A program made the position numbers and the translations under genes. A model generated the notes under the pieces. It worked only from the letters and a program-made list of their open reading frames with translations, had not been told where the DNA came from and did no database searches. This document shows positions 19,853-31,004 of a DNA stretch of 64,000 bases, one piece after another (positions within the stretch are counted from its first letter, which is position 1; each line of letters begins with the position of its first letter). The stretch comes from Dehalococcoidia bacterium (GTDB lineage Bacteria; Chloroflexota; Dehalococcoidia; UBA2979), in NCBI GenBank assembly GCA_965262725.1, contig OZ253555.1, forward strand, positions 192,001 to 256,000, given 5' to 3'.

Positions 19853-20494
19853 GTGCACAGACTCTACGCCGTCCCGGCCGGCCCACCGGCGCCCCCCCTG
19901 CTCTATGGAGCGCGCGCATGGATGCCGCGCACCGCGGCGTGGCAACTCGCCGTGCTCGCGGTCGTCGCGGGCACCGCTCTGCTCGCCGTGTCGGCGCGCC
20001 TTCGCATCGAGCTCGGCTTCTCGCCGGTGCCGATCACGGGACAGACCTTCGCGGTGCTGCTGATCGGCGCCGTCTACGGGAGCCGGCTCGGCGCGGCCAC
20101 GATCCTCGCCTACCTGGCCGAGGGCATCTCAGGCCTCCCGGTGTTCGCCGGGGGCGCGAGCGGGTGGGCCTACTTCACGGCGACCTCGGGCGGCTACTTT
20201 GTTGGCTTCGTCGTCGCCGCGTACGCGGTCGGCTGGCTCGCCGAGCGTGGCTGGGACCGCTCCGGTCTCACGATGGCGGTCGCGATGGTGGTCGGGAACG
20301 TCCTCATCTACGTGCCCGGCTGGGCGTGGCTGATGAGCGAGCTCGGCGTCTCGGCCGGGCGCGCGTGGGACCTGGGCGTGCAGCCGTTCCTGTGGGGCGA
20401 CGCCCTGAAGATGGGCCTCGCCTCCGGCCTGCTCCCCGCCGCGTGGGCGCTGCGGGAGAAGGTGGCGCCGCGCGGCGGCTCCGCCGGCGGATAG
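19853..20494 (+). CDS. bioY: Biotin transporter BioY
   Basis: PVPITGQTFAVLL, GLPVFAGG, GGYFVGF. Confidence 0.93.
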   Translation: MHRLYAVPAGPPAPPLLYGARAWMPRTAAWQLAVLAVVAGTALLAVSARLRIELGFSPVPITGQTFAVLLIGAVYGSRLGAATILAYLAEGISGLPVFAGGASGWAYFTATSGGYFVGFVVAAYAVGWLAERGWDRSGLTMAVAMVVGNVLIYVPGWAWLMSELGVSAGRAWDLGVQPFLWGDALKMGLASGLLPAAWALREKVAPRGGSAGG

Positions 20495-20776
20495 CCGTCC
20501 CAGTCCGGAGATCGCCGCCAGCGGGCCCGAGGTCTACGCAGCCACGGCGGCGCCACCCACTGGCCGCCGCCGGCTCGACGTTTCTGGCGACCGGCGGTAG
20601 CCTCACCGGCGGGATGTCGATGGGAACGCTGATGGCGGATCCACACCCCGGCGCGGTACGAACGGGCGGCTAGCGGGACCGGGAGCGGCCTCGCGGACGC
20701 CGCGCGCGCCCCGCCACCGGCGGGGCGTTCTCGTATGCGGCCGAGACTGCCGGGCGGAAGCACGAGGGACCGAGCG

Positions 20777-23479
20777 ATGACGGCGACCCCCGAGGCCGAC
20801 GGCGCGCGCGCGGAGTTCGCGATGTCCGCCGCCTACGACCCCTCCGAGGTCGAGGAGCGCATCTACGATGAGTGGGAGCGGGGCGGCCACTTCCGCCCGA
20901 GCGGCGGCGAGCGGCCGTTCACGATCATCATGCCGCCCCCCAACCTCACGGGTGAGCTGCACATGGGGCACGCGCTCACGGTGGCCGTGGAGGACATCCT
21001 TGTCCGCTGGCACCGGATGCGCGGCGACGACACGCTCTGGCTGCCCGGCGTCGATCACGCCGCGATCGCGGTCAACACGCTCGTCGAGCGCGAGCTCGCC
21101 GCCGAGGGGATTTCCCGCCACGACATCGGGCGCGAGCGCTTCCTGGAGCGCGTCTGGGAGTTCGTGACCCGCTCGCGATCCCGCATCTCCGTGCAACACC
21201 GCCGGCTCGGCGCCTCGGCGGACTGGGAGCGCGAGCGATTCACCATGGATGCGGGGCCGCGCCGCGCCGTGCGCCAGACCTTCGTGAACCTCTACCGGGA
21301 CGGGCTCATCTACCGCGGCGAACGCATCATCAACTGGTGCCCGGACTGCGCCACGGCGCTCTCCGACCTGGAGGTCGAACACGCCGACGAGCCGGGGGCG
21401 TTCTGGCACATCCGCTACGAGGTCGCGGACGAGCGGGGTCAGGCGTCGGGCGAGTATCTGGTGATCGCGACGACGCGGCCGGAGACGATTCCCGCGGACA
21501 CCGGCGTCGCCGTGAACCCGGAGGATGAACGCTACGCGCACCTGATCGGGAGGCGCGCGATCGTCCCCGCCGGCGGGCGCCTCGTCCCGATCGTCGGCGA
21601 CGCCGCGGTCGTGGCCGAGGCGGGTACGGGCGTGCTCAAGGTCACGCCGGGCCACGATCCCATCGACTTCGAGATCGGGGAGAGACACGGTCTCCCGATC
21701 CTCTCGATCTTGAGGCCCGACGGCCACCTGAACGAGGAGGCGGGCGAGTACGCGGGCCTCGAACGCTTCGAGGCGCGCGTACGCGTCGTCGCCGACCTGA
21801 CGGCGCGCGGTCTCGTCGGGCTCATCGAGCCGTACACGCACGCGGTGGGCCACTGCCAGCGCTCCGGCACGATCGTCGAGCCCATCGTCTCCGAGCAGTG
21901 GTTCGTGCGCGTGGAGCCGCTCGCCCGCCCCGCGCTCGAAGCCGTCCGGGACGGTCGCATCCGCTTCGTCCCCGCCCGCTTCGCGCGCACCTACGAACAC
22001 TGGATGGAGAACATCCGCGACTGGACGATCAGTCGCCAGATCTGGTGGGGCCACCGCGTTCCGGTCTGGTACTGCGACGACTGCGACCAGGTCACCGTCT
22101 CAGTCGACGATCCCGACCGCTGCGAGGGCTGCTCGGGCGGCGCCATCAGGCAGGACGAGGACACGCTGGACACGTGGTTCTCGTCGGGGCTGTGGCCCCA
22201 CTCCACGCTCGGCTGGCCGGACGAGCACGACCCCGACCTCGGCCGCTTCTACCCGACGCAGGTCATGGAGACCGGCTACGACATCATCTTCTTCTGGGTG
22301 GCGCGGATGGTGATGCTCTCGCTCTACAACATGCGCGGCGAGGTCCCCTTCGAGACGGTCTACTTGCACGGGCTCGTGCGCGCCGAGGACGGGACGAAGA
22401 TGTCGAAGTCCCGCGGCAACGTCGTCGACCCGCTCGCCGTCATAGACCGCTACGGGACGGACGCGCTGCGCTACACCGTCGTCTCCGGCTCCTCGCCCGG
22501 CAACGACCAGCGCCTCTCCGACCAGAGGCTCGAGGCGGGGCGCAACCTCGCGAACAAGCTGTGGAACGCCTCCCGCTTCGTGCTCTCGATGGTCGAGGAC
22601 TCAGACGATCTGACGCCGCCCGGGCCGGATGCCGCCCTCCCGCTCGAGGATCGATGGATCCTCTCGCGCCACGCCCGACTGGTCGCGACGGTCGAGGAAC
22701 TCCTGGAGAAATTCGAGCTCGCCGAGGCGCTCAGGCGGCTCCGGGACTTCTTCTGGGAGGAGTTCGCCGACTGGTACATCGAGTTCTCGAAGGTGCGGGT
22801 CCGCGACGGCGATCGCTCGTCCCTTCCCGTGCTCGTCGGCGTGCTCGACTCCCTGCTGCGCCTCTTCCACCCCTTCATGCCGTTCGTCACCGAGGAGATA
22901 TGGGGGCGGCTCGTCCGCGTGCGTCCCGACGGCGACGGCGCGCCCCTGCTCATCGTCGCCCGCTACCCCGAGGCCGCCCCCAGGGCGCGGTGGCTCGACG
23001 AGGAGGCCGAGCGCGAGTTTCAGGCGGTGCAGGACTTCGTCCGCGCGATCCGCAACGTCCGCTCCGAGAAGCGCGTGGAGGCGGGGCGATGGGTCGAGGC
23101 GTACGTCGTGGGCGCGGAGGCGTGCGCGGCGGCTCAGCGGCTGAAGCCGGCGATCGAGCAACTCGCCCGCGCGCGGCCGCTGCACGTCGTGGAGGCCCCG
23201 GACGATGCCCCGTCGGACGGCGTGGTCGCGACCGTGCTTCCGGTCGGGCGCGTCGTTGTGCCGCTCGGCGGCCTCGTCGATCTCGATGCGGAGCGGCTCC
23301 GGCTCGGCTCGCAGATCGAGCGGCTCTCGCGCGAGATCGACCGCCTCGAGACGAAGCTCGCGAACGAGCAGTTCCGTACCCGAGCGCCCGCCGCGGTGGT
23401 CGCCAAGGAGGAGGAGCGCCTGGCGACCGCGCGCCGTCAGCGAGCGGGCTTCGAGGGATCGATGGCGGAGCTCGTCTGA
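20777..23479 (+). CDS. valS: Valine--tRNA ligase
   Basis: PPPNLTGELHMGHA, KMSKS, C-terminal coiled coil. Confidence 0.98.
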   Translation: MTATPEADGARAEFAMSAAYDPSEVEERIYDEWERGGHFRPSGGERPFTIIMPPPNLTGELHMGHALTVAVEDILVRWHRMRGDDTLWLPGVDHAAIAVNTLVERELAAEGISRHDIGRERFLERVWEFVTRSRSRISVQHRRLGASADWERERFTMDAGPRRAVRQTFVNLYRDGLIYRGERIINWCPDCATALSDLEVEHADEPGAFWHIRYEVADERGQASGEYLVIATTRPETIPADTGVAVNPEDERYAHLIGRRAIVPAGGRLVPIVGDAAVVAEAGTGVLKVTPGHDPIDFEIGERHGLPILSILRPDGHLNEEAGEYAGLERFEARVRVVADLTARGLVGLIEPYTHAVGHCQRSGTIVEPIVSEQWFVRVEPLARPALEAVRDGRIRFVPARFARTYEHWMENIRDWTISRQIWWGHRVPVWYCDDCDQVTVSVDDPDRCEGCSGGAIRQDEDTLDTWFSSGLWPHSTLGWPDEHDPDLGRFYPTQVMETGYDIIFFWVARMVMLSLYNMRGEVPFETVYLHGLVRAEDGTKMSKSRGNVVDPLAVIDRYGTDALRYTVVSGSSPGNDQRLSDQRLEAGRNLANKLWNASRFVLSMVEDSDDLTPPGPDAALPLEDRWILSRHARLVATVEELLEKFELAEALRRLRDFFWEEFADWYIEFSKVRVRDGDRSSLPVLVGVLDSLLRLFHPFMPFVTEEIWGRLVRVRPDGDGAPLLIVARYPEAAPRARWLDEEAEREFQAVQDFVRAIRNVRSEKRVEAGRWVEAYVVGAEACAAAQRLKPAIEQLARARPLHVVEAPDDAPSDGVVATVLPVGRVVVPLGGLVDLDAERLRLGSQIERLSREIDRLETKLANEQFRTRAPAAVVAKEEERLATARRQRAGFEGSMAELV

Positions 23480-23645
23480 CCCCCCCGCGCGGCCGCGCCG
23501 GGGGGCGGTCGAGGGTTGAGTCCAACGTCCCCCGCTGCTAGGGTTCGACGCGCGCCGGGTCCCATACGCCCCCGCACGGCGGGCCCCGGCCCGCGCGGCG
23601 CGGTGACGCTGCGTGTGGTCCCCCCGACGCGGTGGGAGCGCTCCC

Positions 23646-24023
23646 GTGGAACAGTCACTGGATTCCCTCTTCGGCGACTACCTCCCCGTCCTGATCGGCA
23701 CCGTGGTCGGCTTCTTCCTCGTCTTCACGGCGGTCATCGCGACCCGGCTGCTCGCACCCTTCTCCGAGGAGCGTGAGAAGGGCACGACCTACGAGTGCGG
23801 CATGCTGCCGCTTCGGCGCGCGAGCACGAATATCGGCGTGCGCTTCTACCTCTACGCGATCCTCTTCGTCCTCTTCGACGTCGAGGCCATCTTCCTCTTC
23901 CCGTGGATGCTCTCCTTCGTGGATCTGGGACCCGCGGCGTACTACCAGATGCTGCTCTTCATCATGGTGCTGGGCGCAGGCCTGGGCTACGCGTGGAAGA
24001 AAGGAGCCCTCCAGTGGCGATGA
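23646..24023 (+). CDS. nuoA: NADH-quinone oxidoreductase subunit A
   Basis: [23 protein letters not shown]. Confidence 0.96.
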   Translation: MEQSLDSLFGDYLPVLIGTVVGFFLVFTAVIATRLLAPFSEEREKGTTYECGMLPLRRASTNIGVRFYLYAILFVLFDVEAIFLFPWMLSFVDLGPAAYYQMLLFIMVLGAGLGYAWKKGALQWR

Positions 24024-24646
24024 CGCCTTCCCGTTCGCCCGGCGCGAGCGGCGGCACCCTCGTCTCGACGCCGGCCGTCCCGGTCGAGCCCGGGATCGCT
24101 CCGCTCCTGCCGCGGGAGCACCCCGCGGAGGAGCTGGCTCTCACCCCCGTGGAGCGGCGGCCCGGCAAGGCCCTCTACAAGACGCTGCTCCCGGGCGTGA
24201 TGCAGGTGCCGGCGGATCTCGTGCTGGCGCTGGGGCGCAAGTCGTCCCTGTGGCCGATGACCTTCGGCCTCGCCTGCTGTGCCATCGAGATGATCGCGAC
24301 CTACATGGCGCACTACGATCTCGATCGCTTCGGCATCGTCCCGTGGCCGTCGCCGCGGCAGTCGGACGTGATGATCGTGGCCGGCACCGTGACGAAGAAG
24401 ATGGCGCCGGCCGTGAAGCTCCTCTACGAGCAGATGCCGAACCCGAAGTGGGTGATATCGATGGGCGCCTGCGCGACCAACGGCGGTCCCTACACGCGCT
24501 ATGACCGCGTGCTCCAGGGCGTGGACAAGATCGTCCCCGTCGACGTCTATGTCCCCGGCTGCCCGCCGCGGCCGGAGGCCCTGATCGACGCGCTGATCTC
24601 ACTCCAGGAGAAGATCATGGAGGAGCGGAAGGCGCTCGGCGCGTGA
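24020..24646 (+). CDS. nuoB: NADH-quinone oxidoreductase subunit B
   Basis: [18 protein letters not shown]. Confidence 0.97.
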   Translation: MTPSRSPGASGGTLVSTPAVPVEPGIAPLLPREHPAEELALTPVERRPGKALYKTLLPGVMQVPADLVLALGRKSSLWPMTFGLACCAIEMIATYMAHYDLDRFGIVPWPSPRQSDVMIVAGTVTKKMAPAVKLLYEQMPNPKWVISMGACATNGGPYTRYDRVLQGVDKIVPVDVYVPGCPPRPEALIDALISLQEKIMEERKALGA

Positions 24647-25218
24647 CGACGGAGGATGGCACCCCGGCTCCGGACAGCGCTCCCGGCGACGCCGCGCGCG
24701 ACTACCTGGCCACCACGAACTGGGCGCTCGTCGATGAGGCGCTGTCCGGCATCACGGCGACGCCGGTGACCGACGAGGCGGAGCGCAGCGTGATCGATCT
24801 CATCGTGCGCGTCCCTCCGCGGGAGGTTCTCTCGGCCCTCCGCGCGCTGCGGAACGCGGAGGGCGCGAGCTTCGACTACCTGCGTTCGCTCACGGCCGTC
24901 GACCTCGAGGAGGAAGGGGTGGACATCGTCTACCATCTCTACTCGATCGCCACGAAGCACAACGTGACCGTGAAGTGCCGGCTCCCCGCCGATCGACTCG
25001 CGGTGGAGAGCGCCACCCCGGTGTGGCGGGCCGCGAACTGGTACGAGCGCGAGGTGGGCGAGATGTTCGGCGTGCGCTTCGAGGGCCATCCGGACCCCCG
25101 CAACCTGCTCCTCCCCGAGGACATGACCGACGTCTTCCCGCTCCGGAAGTCCCACCCGCTCGCCGAGATCGAGCTGCTGCAGGGCGAGGGGATCGCCTAC
25201 GAGGAGGGGGAGCTCTAG
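24643..25218 (+). CDS. nuoC: NADH-quinone oxidoreductase subunit C
   Basis: [26 protein letters not shown]. Confidence 0.96.
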   Translation: MTTEDGTPAPDSAPGDAARDYLATTNWALVDEALSGITATPVTDEAERSVIDLIVRVPPREVLSALRALRNAEGASFDYLRSLTAVDLEEEGVDIVYHLYSIATKHNVTVKCRLPADRLAVESATPVWRAANWYEREVGEMFGVRFEGHPDPRNLLLPEDMTDVFPLRKSHPLAEIELLQGEGIAYEEGEL

Positions 25219-26346
25219 GTGGTCGCGCATATCCCCGACCAGGAATTCGAGACCCAGGAGCTCCTGATCAACATGGGGCCGCAGCACCCCTCCACGCACG
25301 GCGTCTTCCGCATGGTGCTGGGAGTCGACGGCGAGGTCGTGACCGAGGTCGTTCCCTACATCGGCTACATGCACAGAGGCGCCGAGAAGCTCTGCGAGAC
25401 GATGGACTTCCGGCAGGGCATCGGCTACATGGACCGCACCGAGTACCTCGCCAACTTCAACGCCGAGCTCTCCTACGTGCTCGCGGTCGAGGGGCTCGCC
25501 GGGATCGACGTGCCCGAGCGGGCACAGTGGATCCGCATGATCCTCTGCGAGCTGAACAGGCTGTCGAGCCATTTCATGTTCACGGGGGCCTTCGGCACCG
25601 ACGTCGGCGTCTTCGGCACGGCCTTCGTCTACTCCTTCCGCGAGCGTGAGGTCATCCTGGATCTCTTCGAGGAGGTCACGGGCGACCGGTTGATGTACGC
25701 CTACTTCCGGCCCGGCGGGCTCGCCTGGGAGGTGCCCGACAACTTCGAGAGCCGCGTGAACGAGGTCCTGCTCTCCGCCGAGCGCGGGATCCGGGATATG
25801 GATGGCCTGCTCACGCAGAACGAGATCTTCCTCGCCCGCACCAAGGGCGTGGGCGTGATCTCCCCCGCCGACGCCATCGACTGGGGGATGAGCGGCCCCT
25901 CGCTCCGCGCCTCCGGCGTCCCGTTGGACCTCAGGCGCGACGATCCCTACCTCTACTACCCGGAGGTGAAGTTCGACGTGATCACCGGCGAGGCTGGCGA
26001 TGTCTTCGACCGCTACCACGTGCGTCTGCGGGAGATGCGCGAGTCGATTCACATCATCGAGCAGTGCATGGAGCGCCTTCAGGACGGCCCGATCCTGCCG
26101 GCGCGGCTGCCGCGCATGCTGCGCACGCCTCCCGGCGAGATCTACGCGCGCACGGAGGCGCCGCGCGGCGAGTACGGGATCTACCTCGTCTCCAAGGGGG
26201 GGAACCGGCCGTACCGGCTGAAGATCCGCAGCGCCTGTCTCTCCAACCTGCAGGCGCTGCGCGACATGACGATCGGCCACTACGTGGCCGACGCCGTGAT
26301 CATCCTGGGATCGATCGACATCGTGCTCTGCGAGGTCGACCGGTGA
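25219..26346 (+). CDS. nuoD: NADH-quinone oxidoreductase subunit D
   Basis: NMGPQHPSTHGV, GYMHRGAEK, C-terminal EVDR. Confidence 0.97.
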   Translation: MVAHIPDQEFETQELLINMGPQHPSTHGVFRMVLGVDGEVVTEVVPYIGYMHRGAEKLCETMDFRQGIGYMDRTEYLANFNAELSYVLAVEGLAGIDVPERAQWIRMILCELNRLSSHFMFTGAFGTDVGVFGTAFVYSFREREVILDLFEEVTGDRLMYAYFRPGGLAWEVPDNFESRVNEVLLSAERGIRDMDGLLTQNEIFLARTKGVGVISPADAIDWGMSGPSLRASGVPLDLRRDDPYLYYPEVKFDVITGEAGDVFDRYHVRLREMRESIHIIEQCMERLQDGPILPARLPRMLRTPPGEIYARTEAPRGEYGIYLVSKGGNRPYRLKIRSACLSNLQALRDMTIGHYVADAVIILGSIDIVLCEVDR

Positions 26347-27515
26347 ACGGGGAGATCTTCGGCTTCGAGATCAACATCTGGCTGGATGCCGCCGCGCGGA
26401 TCGGTCTCGCCGTCGCGCTGATGACGGTCGCCGCGATGGGGCTCATCTACCTGGAGCGCAAGGTCATCGCCCGGTTCCAGCAGCGGCTGGGACCGACGCG
26501 CACCGGGCCGGCCGGGATCCTCCAGTCGCTCGCCGACGCGCTCAAGCTCCTCGGCAAGGAGGATCTGCGGCCGAGAAACGCCGACCCGTGGGTCTTCGAG
26601 CTCGCGCCCTACGTCGTCTTCATCCCCATCTTCCTCGTCTTCGTGGCGATCCCCTTCGCCTTCGACTGGCAGATCCGCGTCCTCGAGCTGGGGCTCCTCT
26701 ACGTGCTCGCCGTCTCGTCGATCAACATCGTCGGGTGGGTGATGGCCGGCTGGGGCTCCGACAACCGCTACGCGATGCTGGGCGCCCTGCGCGCGGCGGC
26801 GCAGGGCATCTCCTACGAGCTGCCGCTTGTGATCGCGCTCGTCGCGGTGGCGATGGTCGTGAGCCTCCCGGGCGATGTGCGCGGCTCCCTGAACCTGAGC
26901 GAGATCGTCACCGAGCAGGGGCACATCCCCTACATCGTGTGGCAGCCGCTCGCCTTCGCGATCTTCTACATCGCGATGCTGGCCGAGCTGAACCGCACCC
27001 CGTTCGACATCCCCGTCGGCGAGTCCGAGGTGGTCGGCGGCCCGTTCGTCGAGTACTCGGGGATCCGCTGGTCGATGTTCTTCCTCGGGGAGTACACGGC
27101 CCTGCTCCTGCTGTCGCTGCTCGGCTCCGCGGTCTTCCTCGGCGGGTGGGCGTGGCCTCTGGGGGAGGAGATCCGCGAGCAGAACACGATCCTGGGCGTC
27201 CTCTACCAGTTCGGGCTGACGGCCCTCAAGACCGGCTTCCTCATCTTCACCGTGTTCTGGGTGCGGTCGACCATGCCCCGCATGCGCGTCGATCAGCTGA
27301 TGGCCTTCTCGTGGAAGGTGCTGCTGCCACTGTCGTTCGCGCAGATCCTCGCCAACGGACTGATCCTCGTCTACGGCTGGCCCGACGTGCTGCTGCTGCT
27401 CTCGAGCGGCGCCGGGCTCGTCATGCTGGGGGTGATCATCGACCGCGCGGTCAAGCGACCGGCGGAGCACCCGGGGCGCCGGTCGGGCGCGCTGGAAGGC
27501 GAGGCGGCGACATGA
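26343..27515 (+). CDS. nuoH: NADH-quinone oxidoreductase subunit H
   Basis: ERKVIARFQQRLGP, AELNRTPFD, PRMRVDQL. Confidence 0.97.
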   Translation: MNGEIFGFEINIWLDAAARIGLAVALMTVAAMGLIYLERKVIARFQQRLGPTRTGPAGILQSLADALKLLGKEDLRPRNADPWVFELAPYVVFIPIFLVFVAIPFAFDWQIRVLELGLLYVLAVSSINIVGWVMAGWGSDNRYAMLGALRAAAQGISYELPLVIALVAVAMVVSLPGDVRGSLNLSEIVTEQGHIPYIVWQPLAFAIFYIAMLAELNRTPFDIPVGESEVVGGPFVEYSGIRWSMFFLGEYTALLLLSLLGSAVFLGGWAWPLGEEIREQNTILGVLYQFGLTALKTGFLIFTVFWVRSTMPRMRVDQLMAFSWKVLLPLSFAQILANGLILVYGWPDVLLLLSSGAGLVMLGVIIDRAVKRPAEHPGRRSGALEGEAAT

Positions 27516-27982
27516 GGGGCATCGTCAGGTCGATGGCAACGACGCTCGGCGCGTTCGTGCGCGGCCCGGTGACGCGCGAGTACCCGGAGCGGCACAAGCC
27601 GATCCCGGAGCGCGACCGCGCGTTTCCGCTCCTGCTGTGGGACTTCGACACGGACGAGCCCTTCTGCACCGGCTGCCACGCGTGCGAGCGCGCGTGCCCC
27701 GTGGAGTGCATGACGGTGCTGATGAAGGACAACCCCGCCCACACCTCCCTCGGCGGCACCTCGAAGCGCCGCAAGATCATCGACAAGTTCTGGATCGACT
27801 ACGCGCGCTGCATGCGCTGCAACATCTGCGTGGAGGTCTGCAACTTCGACGCGATCGCGATGAACAACACCTGGTCAGGGCACGAGACGTCGGTCTACGA
27901 CCGCGCGGACCTCGTGATGGACCTGCCGCAGCTTCTCGCGCAGCACAAGGCCGGCGCCATCGACGAGTGGGTCGCTCCGTGA
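27512..27982 (+). CDS. nuoI: NADH-quinone oxidoreductase subunit I
   Basis: Two CxxCxxCxxxC 4Fe-4S motifs; TREYPE. Confidence 0.95.
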   Translation: MRGIVRSMATTLGAFVRGPVTREYPERHKPIPERDRAFPLLLWDFDTDEPFCTGCHACERACPVECMTVLMKDNPAHTSLGGTSKRRKIIDKFWIDYARCMRCNICVEVCNFDAIAMNNTWSGHETSVYDRADLVMDLPQLLAQHKAGAIDEWVAP

Positions 27983-28028
27983 GCGACGCGGGGAGCCGTT
28001 CTGCCCCGCGGCCTGAGGGAGCCACACT

Positions 28029-28667
28029 GTGATCCGGCGGCTCCCCCTTCCGTCGCAGTTCGATCGCATCATCATGACCGGCGGGCTGGTGGCGAGCATC
28101 GTCCTGGCTCCGCTTCTGCTCGTGCTGGTGGTGCTGCTCGCGACGGACGAGATCAGCGCTCCGGAGTTCGTCTTCTGGATCGTCGCCGCGGTGGTGGTGG
28201 GCGGGGCGCTGGGGACCGTGCTCCTCCCCAACATCGTCTACGCGGCCCTCTCGCTGGTCGCGACGCTGCTCGGGGTGGCCGGCGTCTACCTCCTGCTGGG
28301 CTCGGAGTTCCTCGCGCTGGCGCAGGTGCTCATCTACGGCGGCGGCGTGGTCATCCTGCTGCTCTTCGGACTCATGCTGACGAATGCGACCGACGATCCC
28401 GTGGTCACGGACGGTTCGCAGAAGCCGTTCGCGGCGATAGTGGGGCTGCTCCTCGCCGGCGTGATCGTGGCCGCCGCGTACGACGCGCAGTGGGGAGCGA
28501 CCGAGGTGGCGGCATCCAGCCTGCGCGACTTCGGCGAAAAGCTCTTCGGCGAGTTCATGGTGCCCTTCATCATCATCGCCGTGCTCCTGGACGTGGCGCT
28601 CACCGGCGCCTACGTCAACGCGCGCCGTGACCGCGCCGCGCCCGCCGATGAGGAGGCGCCTCAGTGA
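28029..28667 (+). CDS. nuoJ: NADH-quinone oxidoreductase subunit J
   Basis: EFLALAQVLIYGGG; operon position. Confidence 0.93.
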   Translation: MIRRLPLPSQFDRIIMTGGLVASIVLAPLLLVLVVLLATDEISAPEFVFWIVAAVVVGGALGTVLLPNIVYAALSLVATLLGVAGVYLLLGSEFLALAQVLIYGGGVVILLLFGLMLTNATDDPVVTDGSQKPFAAIVGLLLAGVIVAAAYDAQWGATEVAASSLRDFGEKLFGEFMVPFIIIAVLLDVALTGAYVNARRDRAAPADEEAPQ

Positions 28668-28972
28668 TCCCGCTCGAGAACTTCCTTCTGCTCTCGGCGG
28701 CGCTCTTCGCCATCGGCTTCTACGGCGTGCTGGCGCGCCGCAGCGCGATCCTGATCCTGATGTCGGTGGAGCTCATGCTGGCGGCGGTCTCGATCAATCT
28801 CGTCGCCTTCGCGGCGTACTTGGACGCCGACGGCCTCACCGGCCAGATCTTCGCGATCTTCGTGATCACCGTCGCCGCGGCGGAGGTCGGGCTCGCGCTC
28901 GGCATCGTGCTGAGGCTCTACCGGGAGCGACGCACGGCGAACGTGGACGCCGCAGACGAGTTGAAGTGGTAG
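28664..28972 (+). CDS. nuoK: NADH-quinone oxidoreductase subunit K
   Basis: MSVELML, AAAEVGLAL. Confidence 0.97.
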   Translation: MIPLENFLLLSAALFAIGFYGVLARRSAILILMSVELMLAAVSINLVAFAAYLDADGLTGQIFAIFVITVAAAEVGLALGIVLRLYRERRTANVDAADELKW

Positions 28973-29049
28973 CGCTGAAGCGCTAGGGGCGGCGCCGCCG
29001 GGTCGCCCGTGGGGGACCCGGCACGGCGGCGGCCGGGGAGGGAGCCGCA

Positions 29050-30954
29050 GTGGGCATGGAGCAGGCGTGGCTGTTGCCCGCCATCCCGGCCGCGCTCTTC
29101 GTCGTCGTGGCGCTCTTCGGCCGCGTGATCCCCCGGCAGGGTGACTGGCTGATCATCCTCGGCATGGTCGCCGCGCTCGTGGTCGGCGGCGCGATCATCC
29201 TCGACTTCCAGCAGTTCTTCGAAGGCGGCGTCTTCGTGCCCGGCGGGGAGAATCAGTACGGCTTCGCGTGGGCCGCCATAGCCGACGTGCTCGCCATCGA
29301 CTTCTCGACGCACGTGGACGCGATCACGGTGGTCATGATCACGGTCGTCACCATCGTCGCGTTGATGGTGATGGTCTACTCGGTGGGCTACATGCGCGGC
29401 GAGGCGCGCTACGGCTGGTATTTCGCCCTGCTCTCCTTCTTCACCGCGGCGATGCTGCTCCTGGTCGTCTCCGGGAACCTGCTGCTGCTCTACCTCGCCT
29501 GGGAGGGCGTCGGCCTCGCCTCCTACCTTCTCATCGGCTTCTACTGGGAGCGCCAGAGCGCGGCGGAGGCGGCGAAGAAGGCCTTCATCACCACGCGCAT
29601 CGGCGATGTCGGGCTCCTGATCGGCATCATCCTGCTGTGGCGGGCCTCCGGAACCTTCGACATTCAGGAGATCATCGCGCTCGCGCAGTCCGGCGGCTTC
29701 GACGAGACCTATCTCACCATCGCGATGCTCTTCCTCTTCGCCGGGGCCGCCGGCAAGTCGGCGCAGTTCCCGCTCCACGTCTGGCTGCCGGACGCGATGG
29801 AGGGCCCGACGCCGGTCTCCGCCCTGATCCACGCCGCGACGATGGTGGTCGCCGGCGTCTACCTCGTGGCGCGGATGCTGCCGGTCTTCGACACGGTGCT
29901 CGTGGCGCGCGACGTGGTGCTCTACGTCGGTCTGGTGACGGCGCTGATGGCGGCGACGATGGCACTGGTCGCGAGCGACATCAAGCGCGTCCTCGCCTAC
30001 TCCACCGTCTCACAGCTCGGCTTCATGTTCGTCGCGCTGGGCGCCGGCTCGGTGACGGCGGCGATGTTCCATCTCTTCACGCACGCCTTCTTCAAGTCGC
30101 TGCTCTTCCTCGGCTCCGGGTCGGTCATCCACGCGACGGGGCGGCAGGAGGTGGAGTACCTGGGCGGGCTCTTCCGGAAGATGCGCCTGACCGGTGCGAC
30201 CTTCCTCGTGGGCGGGCTCGCGCTCGCCGGCATCGTCCCGCTCGCCGGGTTCTGGTCGAAGGACGAGATCCTCTACGAGTCGCTCGCCCACGGCTCGACG
30301 GCCGTCTACCTGACGCTCGCGGCGACGGCCGCGCTGACGGCTCTCTACACGACGCGGCTCGTCGTGCTCACCTTCTTCGGGCAGCCGCGCGACGCCGACG
30401 CCTACGGACACGCGCACGAGTCGCCGCGGATCATGACCGCACCGCTGGTGGTGCTGGCGGTGCTCGCGGGCATCTCCGGCTTCGTCGCCTTCGACGGTGT
30501 CGGCGAAGTGCTCGGCTTCGCCGGCGGCATCGGGCACCTCGTCTTCATCGACACGGGGCACGCTTTTGAGTTCCACCCCGATATCGCCGCGACGGCCACG
30601 GTGTCGGCGCTCCTCGCCATCGCCGTCGGCCTCATCTACTGGTGGGCGTCGGCCGAGCGCGCGGAGCGGGCGCGTGCGTGGGCTCCAGAGATCCACCGCC
30701 TGCTCGTGAACCGCTACTACGTCGACGAGCTCTACCAGGGGGCGATCGACCGCGTCGTTCTCGGGGCCGGGAGCGTCGTCTCGTGGTTCGACGACCGCGT
30801 CGTCAATCGCACGGGCGTCGACGGCGGTGCCCAGGGCATCGGGTACGCCGGCCTCCGCCTGAAGTTCCTGCAGACCGGCCGCATCCCGAACTACGCCTTC
30901 GCCATGGCGGTGGGAATCATCACTCTCGCGCTGGTCGCATTCGGGACGAGTTAG
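29050..30954 (+). CDS. nuoL: NADH-quinone oxidoreductase subunit L
   Basis: GKSAQFPLHVWLPDAMEGPTPVSALIHAATMV. Confidence 0.98.
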   Translation: MGMEQAWLLPAIPAALFVVVALFGRVIPRQGDWLIILGMVAALVVGGAIILDFQQFFEGGVFVPGGENQYGFAWAAIADVLAIDFSTHVDAITVVMITVVTIVALMVMVYSVGYMRGEARYGWYFALLSFFTAAMLLLVVSGNLLLLYLAWEGVGLASYLLIGFYWERQSAAEAAKKAFITTRIGDVGLLIGIILLWRASGTFDIQEIIALAQSGGFDETYLTIAMLFLFAGAAGKSAQFPLHVWLPDAMEGPTPVSALIHAATMVVAGVYLVARMLPVFDTVLVARDVVLYVGLVTALMAATMALVASDIKRVLAYSTVSQLGFMFVALGAGSVTAAMFHLFTHAFFKSLLFLGSGSVIHATGRQEVEYLGGLFRKMRLTGATFLVGGLALAGIVPLAGFWSKDEILYESLAHGSTAVYLTLAATAALTALYTTRLVVLTFFGQPRDADAYGHAHESPRIMTAPLVVLAVLAGISGFVAFDGVGEVLGFAGGIGHLVFIDTGHAFEFHPDIAATATVSALLAIAVGLIYWWASAERAERARAWAPEIHRLLVNRYYVDELYQGAIDRVVLGAGSVVSWFDDRVVNRTGVDGGAQGIGYAGLRLKFLQTGRIPNYAFAMAVGIITLALVAFGTS

Positions 30955-31004
30955 CGCGCCGGGAGGGCGCGAGAGACGAAATCGATCGCAGGACGTGAGG
31001 TGCG

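Noticed and set aside
20740-20770. Canonical T-box riboswitch for valS
   Set aside because: The UGGN bulge and stem I motifs are not matched; kept only as a low-interest leader finding.
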